From: Candidatus Latescibacterota bacterium
GTDB lineage: Bacteria > Latescibacterota > UBA2968 > GCA-2709665
Assembly: GCA_965248435.1 (NCBI GenBank)
Contig: OZ252100.1
Location: forward strand, 192,001 to 256,000
Direction: 5' to 3'
DNA length: 64,000 nt
Part shown: positions 55,501 through 64,000 of the stretch, piece after piece
Position numbering within the stretch: the stretch's first letter is position 1
Layout of the letters: each line of letters starts with the position of its first letter
The notes under the pieces: generated by a model
Told to the model about the DNA's origin: nothing
Database searches by the model: none
What the model saw: the letters and a program-made list of their open reading frames with translations, nothing else
Made by a program: the position numbers and the translations under genes

Positions 55501-57356
55501 CCGCCGTAGAGGTGTAAAATCTTGGGCAGGTAGGCATAGAGCACGCCGACCCGGGCGTGCCCGGGAGGATCTCCTAAGATGAGGGGCTGACGAGCCGGAG
55601 GGTGATGGATCCTGATTCTTCTCTGGGCCGAAAACGTATGCCAGGCCGCCGAAAGGTCTGCCATACCGGGCGATATCCCGAGCAATTCTCCCCCTTCGTC
55701 TACCTGGAGAAGCGAGGAGTCCGCCTCCCATAGGACCTCGTGTGTTACATCTACTTCGTCCCCGTCGCTGTATTGTGCGAGCGCTGTGGCTGCAATCGAT
55801 TCCCCGATCACGAGGGACCCTACCCCTTCGATCTGCAGACCAACCGCCGTAGGGCGTTCGATTCCGGGCGAAAATTCACCTTTTCCCGGGAACGCATTGT
55901 GGCGTACGAATATGCCCATCTCGTCCAGGGCCAGCGATGTGTTCAGGTTCGATTTCGCCGTATACTCAACTCGCGCGATCGTGTCCCCGGCGGTTGGATC
56001 GATCAAAAGCAAGACATCCCCTGAATTCGCGAGTCCGTTTCCGATACTGCCGTCGTCGCTGAACACCTTTCCGGGTATCCCCTCAGGCTCTCCTCCCCCG
56101 AAGAGTACGGCGCGTTCTCCGGCCTTGAGCTCAGCAGTGGAAGGAAAGCGAAACCGCCGAGTTTCGGAGACATCGTCGTCACTCAAACTCCATCCGCCGA
56201 TCGCGACCGTTTCTGATCCCAGATTGGCGATCTCCACGAATTCGTCTTCTCGTCCATTTCGTGTTCCGTCCCGATTGACATCACCCAGGTCGCCGTCCGG
56301 AGGATCTGCAAGGATTTCATCAATGACAACTCTCGGAATCAATGCTGGGAGTGGAAGTTCTGGGGGTATATTTAAGTAGAACTCTATGGTCACTGTTCCA
56401 GATCGACTGATGACAGGCAGGGACTTACCGTTGGGGCCCACCAGGGTGGTGGACTCCAATCGGATCGGGATTTCGGCTGGATCTGCGGAAGCAGCGATCA
56501 GGACCCAAACACGCATCACAGACCCTTCGCCAGGCAAGATGAGGGAACCTCCTGAAAGGTCCATCAACACCACCCTCGCCCCGTCTCCACCCTTCGACGC
56601 ACCGTGGGCGTTCAACGCGTCTGCTCTGCCCGTAGATTCGACGCGCACGAAGCTCAGCGCAGGGTTCACCCAAACAAGATCGGCCTGGAATCCGGCGACT
56701 GATTCCACGTTTTTTGAACTGATTTCAATCACCACCGTTTCTCCGGGATACCCTGTTGTCCTGCTGAGGCTCAACTCGTTCCCGGATAAGACCACGCCCC
56801 CGTGAACCCGAGCAGGGGTGATCATCTCCGGAGGGCGTTGATTGTCTGTCATGTTGGCCTCCACCAGATTCAACGGGTGGAAACCATCCATTGCATCTGA
56901 GCTCACCTCGAAATGGACGCGACCGATGGCATCTTCTCCAGGAGGGATAGGGCTGCCAAGGTCAGGATCGAGCATCATTACCTTGAGGGAATCGCTTTCT
57001 ATCCGTGAGTAGACGGACACTCCAGATGCCCTGCCCACCGACTCAACAACGATCGAGTCAAAGGTTCTCCGGTTCAGCGTCATCGTCCAAGAAATCCCCG
57101 TGACTGGAAATTCGTTCTTCAATCGGACCTCTACAGAGCCAGAGTCTCCCCGCGAGGCAATTTGCTGCCCAACAGACAGGGTGTCGGATCGTGAAGATGC
57201 GTTTTGCGCGAAGGAGATCACCACGGTGAGGCCTGTGAAGATCGCAATCAGACTTCGCTTTGTCTTATCGCAGCAGGAGCATTTTGACCACGCCGCGGTA
57301 GTCCGCGATCTCAAGACAGGCAAGATAAACCCCACTCCCAACTTCCCGCCCTTCAC
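52560..57356 (-). CDS. Large secreted protein: two cohesin-like domains, four lamin-tail-like domains, Ig-like domains, C-terminal FlgD-Ig/T9SS-like sorting domain (true start uncertain, near 57265)
   Basis: Repeated EILADPP..D.N.DG.R..DEFVE..N..GW.LSDDD..RF.FP units; PNPFN..VYNLLGQ.V..WDG.D..G..VGSG.Y C-terminus. Confidence 0.85.
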   Translation of the reverse strand: MKGGKLGVGFILPVLRSRTTAAWSKCSCCDKTKRSLIAIFTGLTVVISFAQNASSRSDTLSVGQQIASRGDSGSVEVRLKNEFPVTGISWTMTLNRRTFDSIVVESVGRASGVSVYSRIESDSLKVMMLDPDLGSPIPPGEDAIGRVHFEVSSDAMDGFHPLNLVEANMTDNQRPPEMITPARVHGGVVLSGNELSLSRTTGYPGETVVIEISSKNVESVAGFQADLVWVNPALSFVRVESTGRADALNAHGASKGGDGARVVLMDLSGGSLILPGEGSVMRVWVLIAASADPAEIPIRLESTTLVGPNGKSLPVISRSGTVTIEFYLNIPPELPLPALIPRVVIDEILADPPDGDLGDVNRDGTRNGREDEFVEIANLGSETVAIGGWSLSDDDVSETRRFRFPSTAELKAGERAVLFGGGEPEGIPGKVFSDDGSIGNGLANSGDVLLLIDPTAGDTIARVEYTAKSNLNTSLALDEMGIFVRHNAFPGKGEFSPGIERPTAVGLQIEGVGSLVIGESIAATALAQYSDGDEVDVTHEVLWEADSSLLQVDEGGELLGISPGMADLSAAWHTFSAQRRIRIHHPPARQPLILGDPPGHARVGVLYAYLPKILHLYGGRAWVATNAEGVQVNPVTGGITWRPEKSGTFSFILFAPNPQGREGRQAFTVLVTNRPAIVISEILADPPPGPAGDANGDGERDGTADEFVEILNQDEHPVPIGGWQLSDDDVSEAGRFTFPEGTLLEPGERSVLFGGGSHQKIPGLVFADDGSIGNGLTNSGDILLLFDPVFSDTVAFASYTVDGDLNQSLVPRGRRWIPHADHAGQAPFSPGRPRDWMRSGILSEREKLPVDDRSLRIRPKGVIISEIYADPALGPEGDANGDGVRHPFEDEFVELWNSDTEPADLSHWRLGDDDVSVDRQFKFPEGMVLQPGEFVALFGGGDPLAVPGKVFTDDGRIGDGLSNGGDRVLLISETGGDTLDQIRYNKGHRGVSWVNARGGILRPHDRLPGRGRLSPGRARTHLVRLDTMPDTLVLEVGASGQLLAFGTFTDDSQQELTRLVDWSVADSLIAGVDQVGMVSGLRSGVTSVKVTVEGQFARTVTIEIVTDELLFERKDSLKSETAGTVDLEEDSHSPEDGQPPPTPGTGGRNEGRASGQDISEPPEPVQNLPPIISSWPETTAVVGLQYLYRVSVSDSEEDSVHLSAPVIPDWLTLAADQLAGTPAQKDAGHADVELEASDGWARSEQRFRIRVLAQEQILQGSPKDSAYVGLTWRWPFVPPTGVEVQADGGPVVEQSGLGLVWRPNKGDEGERTVSVSISTNGLQDLILAYQIIVLSAPDIQIAEIMVDPPQDMNGDALLDPFEDQYIELSFRGPRPLNLQGWTLGDDDGKPFEFPDGSLISSASRVTLFGGGVSDARSGRFSAGGRIGNGLGESDRLLLVAPSGPDTLIDLQYRGGRAGASLVRDPGLPGEWVPHNSVSARSFSPGLPERLVNTQVSGPVHTTQEDTAAVTQVQGPRPNPFNARTIVGFHSPGGFVQLSVYNLLGQPVRYLIRGNTTVGHHRVVWDGKDDRGRRVGSGLYLLRIQTDEGISTVRMALMK

Positions 57357-59483
57357 GATCCAGACCGTCCCAAGGTATCTCGTAAGCTCCAGGTGTCAGG
57401 GACGCATCCAGCAGGGTTACGACCTCTTGACCCAGCGCTGAAAATATGCGCAGCACCACCCTCTCATCTCCAGTGAGGACCACGGGCAGAATCGTAGACG
57501 CATTGAACGGATTCGGGTGATTTTGCTCGAGATCGTCACCTTGGGTCCCAGCCACGCTTTCCCTGAGGTCCAACGGATTCCCCTGGAAATCCACGGCCTG
57601 GATCTCTGTCAAATGACCTTTCCAGATGCTATGTCCGGATTCTGGATCTTCCGGATTTGAAAACTGGACACAGATTTCATTGTCGTCCGATCTCATTCCT
57701 TGGGGTGTCAACGCGTAGCCCACTAGCCTGGTTTTTCCATCAGGCGTTTCCGTGACAAGCAGTTCACCCTGATGCTTGCCTTCCAAGCGAGCCTTTTCGA
57801 TCAGCCCATCGAACTCGGCGTAAAACGCACGCAAAGGAAGCGGCACTTTCATCTTCAGTTTCGAGCCCTCGATTCGCCACTCCACGACTCTCGTTCCGGC
57901 CGATTTGCTTCCCCCTATTGGAGCACCCAGGATTCGATTGACCAACTTTGCGAGATCAATGATGTCAACCTTTCCGTCCCGATCCAGATCAGAGGCTTTC
58001 GATTCGAAGCTTGAAGGCGCAGGAGGCTCGCCCAGGATCAGGTGAACCAGCCGAACTGCGTCAAGCAGGTCATACGATCCGTCTCCATTCAGGTCTCCGG
58101 CACCTGCAACACGAATGGATGCATCTACCCGAAGTTGATCCAGTCCAACGGAAACTGTCGCGAACCCTTCGTCGCGAGCGAGAAGCCAGTTCCCACTAAG
58201 AGGCGTGGCAACGGATGAATCCGAACTCACCCAATCCATCCCGCTCACAAGAGCCTGCCGAGAGTCATCCGGATAAACGCCCTCTACACGGAACAACATC
58301 GAATCCTGTGCCAGGATGAGCGTATCTAGAGGAGTGAGCGCAAGCCTTGAAAATGCGGGCAAGTCGACACGGATACGGGCTTCAGGAGACGTAATTCCTG
58401 CGATCCGTGCCGTGACGCCGACCTCTCCTGGTGAAATGGCAAGTGCAAGGCTATCGTTTACCCGCAAAACGGTGGCATCCGTGACCGAAAAGAGGAGACC
58501 TTCGGACAAAGAGGATCTGCTGGCATCCGTGAACAGGCCTGAAGTACCAAATACGAAACTTGAACCGATCTCGAGCGAGGTATCCAAAGGTGATAGTTCA
58601 ATCTCCGAAAGCACGATTCGTGGTTTTCCCGGAGAAAATCGACTCCCTTTGCCTGGCAGGTCTGCGTGAAATGCAAATCCCCCACGGCCCTCCGGATTCC
58701 TGATCAGTGACTGATCCTTTCCTGCCTCAGAGCCGTATTCCGCCCAGGCCACGGTGTCGCCGTCTGCGATGAGGAAAACACCATCTCCTGAATTGCTCAA
58801 CCCGCCGCCGATCTTTCCGTCATCGATGAAGACCTTCCCTTCGAACCCGAATGGCTGGCCCCCACCGAACAGAACCAGGCGTTCTCCTGGGTCGGCCCAC
58901 GTCCGATCGGGGAATTGGAATCGGCTTGCTTCAGAGGCTCCGCGGTCGCTGAGTTGCCATCCGCTTATGTTGACCGCGAACCTCCCGATATTGAGGAGTT
59001 CGACAAATTCATCCTCGCTGCTGCTTCGGGTTCCATCCTGGTTTGCATCTCCGCCCTCGCCGGTTGGCGGATCCGCGAGGATCTCGTTGATCACAACTAC
59101 CTCGAATACACCTTCCCCCGCCAGGCTGACATCCAGGCGTCCATCCCCTGTAGACAAGTCCAGTTGTCCCGGATAAAGGCCTGTGTCGGGAGGGGCGAAT
59201 CGAATCAAGACCTCCAAGACCTCGTTCTCATTCAGCAAGACCGGCGCACCGGAAAAGGGCGATTCGGGGAGGTCGTAGGCGGGCCCCGTCAGGTCTGCGG
59301 ATTCGACCAGAAGGGAGCTGACATCCGCATTCCGCAGTCTTAGGGTATCCACGGCGACGCTCCCGAGGCGCACAGGGCCGAACTGGACCTCAGTCTCTTC
59401 CACCACACCACCCGACCATACGGGCCCTGCAGCCCGTTCAGGACCACGCCTACGACGATTGGTAACATCCCAAATCTTCCCAT
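57265..59483 (-). CDS. Secreted lamin-tail-like + Ig-like + dockerin + FlgD-Ig/T9SS-like protein, with an apparent 1-nt frameshift near 59410
   Basis: ORF 57265-59406 has the LTD, dockerin GDLNGDGSYDLLDAVRL..SDLDRDGKVDIIDL and a QNHPNPFN C-terminus; the signal-like N-terminus with a GGAG RBS starts at 59483 in another frame. Confidence 0.75.
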
Positions 59484-59671
59484 ATCAACACTCCACACGC
59501 TGACCCCCACGCAAGGTGCGTACCAGGGTGCGGCGGCCTGTCCAACGTGTTATATCTGAATCGGTTATCACCTTCGTGAACACATCGAGGTCACGGTTGG
59601 AATCGAAAGGGGCTTTCAAAAAGGAAGTCACCGCTGAACATAGGGTTCCAAAGGCCGTTCAAGGGAGCAAC

Positions 59672-59710
59672 AAAAAGGCCCCGATCGGATTAACCGGTCG
59701 GGGCCTCTTG
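59672..59710. terminator. Intrinsic terminator
   Basis: AAAAAGGCCCCGATCGG..CCGGTCGGGGCCTCTT. Confidence 0.7.
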
Positions 59711-59772
59711 GTCAAAAATATTGATTATCTCTTTAGGACTTCGGTCGTTGATTCTCCATTTGCATCGTGCCC

Positions 59773-61371
59773 CTAATTAAACGCACGGGCGAGGTTTTGA
59801 GTCACCCAGGTTTCGTACTTCGAGAAGTTCTTCTGGTACGTGTCCTTCCCCACGATGCCGGTAACCGTTACTGAGAGATTTCCCATTTTGCCCACGGGCA
59901 CGTACATATAGCGATCCGGATCTGACCTCTCTGTCAATTCCGGGACTTCAGGAGGAATGCCCTCCAGCGGCTGGAGCCCGCCATCGGGACCCTTCCTGAA
60001 GATCCTGATGGTATGCGGCGCGAACCAGCCTTCATCATAGATGCAGATTCCGATGTCTCCGCTCAATTCAACCAGATGCTTATGGCCAAGGGAGCCAGCT
60101 GCGACCTTCCCATCAAATTTCACGAGTGCCCGCTTGGGGGCAACGACCTTTGGCTGAGAGTTGCAGAGAGTCACCATGTAGCTCGAGTAGAGACCGTTTC
60201 CGCAATACGAAACCGCCTCGGAAATGATATGAATCGGCCCCGGAGAATTGCGGTCGTTGCTGCGGGTGACGAAGTGTTCGGCAATCGCTACAGGCAGGAT
60301 CTTCCTCAGGTCTTTCTTCTGGAGGATCTTTGTGTCGCTAGAATCCAAAACTTCCGCATCGTCAAGATGAGAACCAAATTCCTTCCTGTAGATCTTCGAA
60401 TCGGGCGAGTCTCCAGAAGCAGTAATTCTGAAGATTCGCTCACAATTCGCAACGCGCTCAAGATCGGAATGGAACAGCACGATATCGACGAGGGACTCAG
60501 AAATTTCCTCGACCTGAGGCGTTTCCGAGACGATCGTTGCCCCCCTCTCTTCGTGGTCTGCGTAAATCGGACACCCCCAAAGTCCGGCGTCGTGCGTGAA
60601 CCCGCCGATGAATATCTCGACCAGTTCCCTCTTGAAGAGCTCCTCCTTCTTTCCTTCCATATCGGAGGAAGAAAACAGTTCAGGCGCTTCCTTCTCCCCC
60701 AGCTCCTCGACGAGCCCCTGCATGGTGATGTTTCCGAAGTAGGTTTCGAACCCGAGGTCGAAAGTGAGCTCCGTTGCCAGACACGCGACGTCCAGACCGT
60801 GTTTGACTGTTTCGGCATCGAGATCATAGGTGCGAATGATATCGAGCACAAGTGGGTTCTGGTTGTCGAAATACTCGTCGATCGCGATTCGGGCCATAGA
60901 CTTGAATTTGTTCAGGGCTTTCTTCAATTCGAAGAGCGACGCCTTTACTTCAGGCCTTTTGAGACCACCGAACGAGATGTTCTGCTCAGCGATGATCCGA
61001 TGAAGGCCCTGTGCTGTAGTGACCAGATCTCTGCCCGATTTTACAACGCGCTTGGAGACATCGCGGGCGCGCTTTTCCAGATTCCGCTCGGTCTCAGGGC
61101 CCAATAACTCTTTGGTCGTCTCGGTGAGTGTTTCGAGTTCCGCCTCGCTTTCAAACAGACGGAGCCTGATTCTCGGGTCTTTGGCTTCAGTGTGATCCCG
61201 AAAGTAGTCGAGGATGCGATAGGTGAGCGGTGAGTCTTGAAGGGCCATTTTCACCCTGGAATTCGGCCCGGCGATGTCCTGCCCAAGCCTCAGAAGGGTC
61301 GACCGGGATTGATCTTCCAGCTTCTTGAGGAGATTTCTTGCCTGGGAAACGTTCAGCCTTCTCTCGACCAT
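59773..61371 (-). CDS. HD-domain (HD-GYP-like fold) protein
   Basis: KHGLDVA, GGFTHDAGL, DHEERGA, IVLFHSD; no GYP motif. Confidence 0.7.
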   Translation of the reverse strand: MVERRLNVSQARNLLKKLEDQSRSTLLRLGQDIAGPNSRVKMALQDSPLTYRILDYFRDHTEAKDPRIRLRLFESEAELETLTETTKELLGPETERNLEKRARDVSKRVVKSGRDLVTTAQGLHRIIAEQNISFGGLKRPEVKASLFELKKALNKFKSMARIAIDEYFDNQNPLVLDIIRTYDLDAETVKHGLDVACLATELTFDLGFETYFGNITMQGLVEELGEKEAPELFSSSDMEGKKEELFKRELVEIFIGGFTHDAGLWGCPIYADHEERGATIVSETPQVEEISESLVDIVLFHSDLERVANCERIFRITASGDSPDSKIYRKEFGSHLDDAEVLDSSDTKILQKKDLRKILPVAIAEHFVTRSNDRNSPGPIHIISEAVSYCGNGLYSSYMVTLCNSQPKVVAPKRALVKFDGKVAAGSLGHKHLVELSGDIGICIYDEGWFAPHTIRIFRKGPDGGLQPLEGIPPEVPELTERSDPDRYMYVPVGKMGNLSVTVTGIVGKDTYQKNFSKYETWVTQNLARAFN

Positions 61372-61506
61372 GGATCCCCTGCTTGATTCAGATCGCCGCT
61401 TTCACTTCCTATCTAAATGGATAACAGGTACTTACCGATCAAACCTTAAGACAGAGTCCGAGGAAAGTCAAGACCCGAAACCGGCATGCCGATGGGATTC
61501 GGGTAA

Positions 61507-61547
61507 CAAAAAGACCCCGAAGGTAGAGGCCCTTCGGGGTCTTTTTG
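61507..61547. terminator. Bidirectional terminator
   Basis: AAAAAGACCCCGAAGG..CCTTCGGGGTCTTTTT. Confidence 0.8.
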
Positions 61548-61570
61548 TCGGTGCTCGTCTTTCAGCCCTA

Positions 61571-61966
61571 TCAGTCAGCTTCCATTAGAACCGATTTTTT
61601 GGAACCGATTTTCGCTGAACTCGGCTTAACGGCCCCATTCCCCCCAATTGACATCCACTCACTCCAGGGAATGTGCTCTATGAAATCCTGCGCCGACGGG
61701 ATAAATCCTCCGTAGTCCTCTTTCACGTGCTGCTGACCGATATCCCGGACGTCGACCGTCTTCCCGTCGGAGTTCTCGAAGTTTGCATCGAAGACCCTTG
61801 GAAGTACGACGTAGATAAACCAGTTGTTATGGGTTAGACATCTGTGCCTCAGATCTGGAAACGCCGTGTTGCTCGAGTCGATGAACTCGTGAATCTCAAT
61901 GTAGTCTTCCGGCTTTCCACCGAATTTTTTTACAGAACTCCTGGCGTGCTTCCATGGCTTGGACAT
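61571..61966 (-). CDS. DUF6915-like protein
   Basis: P.KHARSSVKKFGGKPEDY..IH.F.D.S...PD.RHR..H, VRDIGQQHVKED.G.IPS..D; GGAGG RBS. Confidence 0.75.
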   Translation of the reverse strand: MSKPWKHARSSVKKFGGKPEDYIEIHEFIDSSNTAFPDLRHRCLTHNNWFIYVVLPRVFDANFENSDGKTVDVRDIGQQHVKEDYGGFIPSAQDFIEHIPWSEWMSIGGNGAVKPSSAKIGSKKSVLMEAD

Positions 61967-62043
61967 GTCGAGGATCCTCCTCTCTAACTGGTCGATCAGT
62001 AGAATACCCAAAGGGTGTATGACTTACAAGTGGTTTCCATCCG

Positions 62044-64000
62044 TTATCGGATGTGGTCTCCAACGCGCAGCGCCACGCAGGTCAGGTCATCTATCTGGGC
62101 GGCCTCTCCGATGAATCGAGTGACATCGGCCACGATCTTGTCTCTGATGCCTTCGGCAGATGCCCCATCCCTAGCCGCCTCCTGGATGAGTGACACGAGG
62201 CGATCTTGCCCGTAGAAGGCTTCCTGTGAATCCTGGGCCTCTTCGATCCCGTCAGAGGTAAAGACGATGACATCTCCAGGGGTCAGGTCCAGGTCTACAC
62301 TGGAATACAATTCTCTTCCTTCAGGTTTCAAGGGGATCCCGAGGGGCAACCCCGTGAGGCCTAGTGCGCGGACTGACTCGTCGGCCTTGGAGTAATGATA
62401 AACTTCTGGGTTTGCCCCGCTCGCAACGGTCAGTGACTGGCTCGCTGTATCCAGGACACCGATCCCACACGTCACAAACATCTCCATCGGGATCTGGCCA
62501 CGTAAGGACTCGTCCAGTCCGGTCAAGATCTCCATCGCGGACGTCCGACCCCTCGCTTCGTAGCGCAGGATCTCGTTGAAGCGCATCGCAACGGTCGCGG
62601 CCTGCATCCCCTTGCCGGAAACATCTGCGAGGAAGATGCCCACCTTCTGCCTGGCGTCATCCAGATGGAAGAAATTGTAGTAGTCACCCCCGACGTGGTT
62701 GGCCGGAATGCAGATGCCTGAGAGCTCTATGCCTTTAACTTCTGGAGGCGAATCAGGCAGGAGGCCCATCTGCATATCGTGGGCAGTTTGCAGCTCTCGT
62801 TCCATCCCCTCGATCACCTTTTGCTGGGCAGTTTCCACGGCTTTGAAGTCCAGGAAGCGGGCATACCCAAGCGCGACCGCCCCGGCGAAGTCATCGAGCG
62901 TCTGGATCTCCTCCTCAGTGAACTCGTCGCGATCGGAAGTCGTGATCCGGAGCCGCCCATAGCTGGATGCCGGCACTTCCAGAATGGCGGTCTGCTCACT
63001 GCTGCCCTGCCAGGGCTGCCCGACAATAAAGCGTTCAATCGTCTCCAGGTATACGGGTGGGAATGGAGCGGGAATGTGATACGAGTCACTCGTCACTGCG
63101 CCATCAGGATCGATCGTGTAGGTTGTGTAACCGAACCCGTTCGCTTCAAAATAGGCCATGGATGGCTCGTCAACGGGTTCGTTTAGTACATCGATTCCAC
63201 AGGTCTCGAACCGGAGACCGGCCTGATTCAGATCATCGGCCAGGAGCGAAAGGACCTTTTCGAAATCGGACGCCCGCTCCATCGACTGGACCTGTTCCCG
63301 GATGCGCTCAACTGCTCGCTCGCGTAGGAGGTCCTTATTCAGCTGAAATAAATCTTTGTTTGCATCCGACAGCGCCTTGTTGGACTCCTGCAGCCGGCCG
63401 TCCCTGCGAATCACGCGTGTCGTCTGCCAGCCGATCAGAACCACAGCGATGCCCAAAGCGGTCAGCAGTCCGATCCGCTCATAGGGCAGATGCACGGTCA
63501 GCGCCACGGTCGCCGGTGTCTCCGAATACCCCAGATCCCGATCTATCGCCTGTAGCTCAAATGTGTATGTTCCCTGCGGAAGATCCTGATATTCTATACG
63601 ACGGGCGCGTGTGGTCTTCCAGTCCTGCTCATAGCCTTTCAGGCGATATCGATAGACCATCCCGTCCGGGCGGGTTTTGAAGCTCATCCCGTGGAACTCA
63701 AACGAGGTCAGTCCGACCGTGGATGGAAACGCCAGCTCAGGCACCCCTTCGTAGCGGTGGTCGGCCACCACGGCATCTATGAATACCGGCGGAGGGAACG
63801 GTGTGGGGGGACGATAGCGCGTCACACCGTCGGTAGTGCCGAACCAAAGGTCACCGTTGCTGTCCTCGAACCCGGTCCAGACGTAATTGCTCACCAGGCC
63901 GTCCTTGCGTGTGATGTTCTGGAACGTCTTTCCATCATATCGGCTCACGCCGCCGCCGCCCGTGGTGAACCATAGATGCCCCGCGCGGTCCTGGACGATC
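62044..64000 (-). CDS. Sensor phosphatase (partial, 5' end outside the window): beta-propeller repeats, Y_Y_Y domain, TM, GAF-like region, SpoIIE/PP2C domain
   Basis: QDRAGHLWF / EDSNGDLWFGT repeats, YRYRLKGYEQDW..Y..L..G.YTF, VGGDYY, ADVSGKG, FTSDGIEE, DDLTCV; frame open to the window edge. Confidence 0.9.
   Translation of the reverse strand, partial: IVQDRAGHLWFTTGGGGVSRYDGKTFQNITRKDGLVSNYVWTGFEDSNGDLWFGTTDGVTRYRPPTPFPPPVFIDAVVADHRYEGVPELAFPSTVGLTSFEFHGMSFKTRPDGMVYRYRLKGYEQDWKTTRARRIEYQDLPQGTYTFELQAIDRDLGYSETPATVALTVHLPYERIGLLTALGIAVVLIGWQTTRVIRRDGRLQESNKALSDANKDLFQLNKDLLRERAVERIREQVQSMERASDFEKVLSLLADDLNQAGLRFETCGIDVLNEPVDEPSMAYFEANGFGYTTYTIDPDGAVTSDSYHIPAPFPPVYLETIERFIVGQPWQGSSEQTAILEVPASSYGRLRITTSDRDEFTEEEIQTLDDFAGAVALGYARFLDFKAVETAQQKVIEGMERELQTAHDMQMGLLPDSPPEVKGIELSGICIPANHVGGDYYNFFHLDDARQKVGIFLADVSGKGMQAATVAMRFNEILRYEARGRTSAMEILTGLDESLRGQIPMEMFVTCGIGVLDTASQSLTVASGANPEVYHYSKADESVRALGLTGLPLGIPLKPEGRELYSSVDLDLTPGDVIVFTSDGIEEAQDSQEAFYGQDRLVSLIQEAARDGASAEGIRDKIVADVTRFIGEAAQIDDLTCVALRVGDHIR

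Overview
Bacterial chromosomal window of moderately high GC. FlgD-Ig/T9SS-like C-termini, dockerin/cohesin domains and paralogous enolase/PhyH/SDR genes suggest an FCB-group organism such as Ca. Latescibacterota (inference only). The core is housekeeping: mutL-miaA-tRNA-Gly, DUF512 radical SAM-der-merR, rimP-nusA-infB-DUF503-rbfA-truB-ribF-rpsO-pnp-M16-ald-asnS-leuS, gcvT and an HU/IHF gene. Accessory material is interleaved. Most notable: (1) a ~490-nt ORF-less, densely structured transcript unit (34801-35293) with its own TTGACA-N17-TAGATT promoter and terminator, a candidate large ncRNA; (2) a perfect sigma-28 promoter driving a ~70-nt candidate sRNA (~41533-41602) complementary to the translation-initiation region of the neighbouring flagellin, one of two divergent flagellin paralogs; (3) an integrase-less one-gene cassette in tRNA-Gly(CCC) with an att duplication and matching arm-type repeats; (4) an orphan, signal-peptide-bearing, tandem T4-gp19-like tube protein; (5) adjacent cohesin- and dockerin-bearing lamin-tail-domain surface proteins; (6) a PhyH dioxygenase inserted between the rimP leader and rimP. 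No CRISPR array, rRNA or transposase was seen. All family calls come from reading motifs by eye; no database searches were run.
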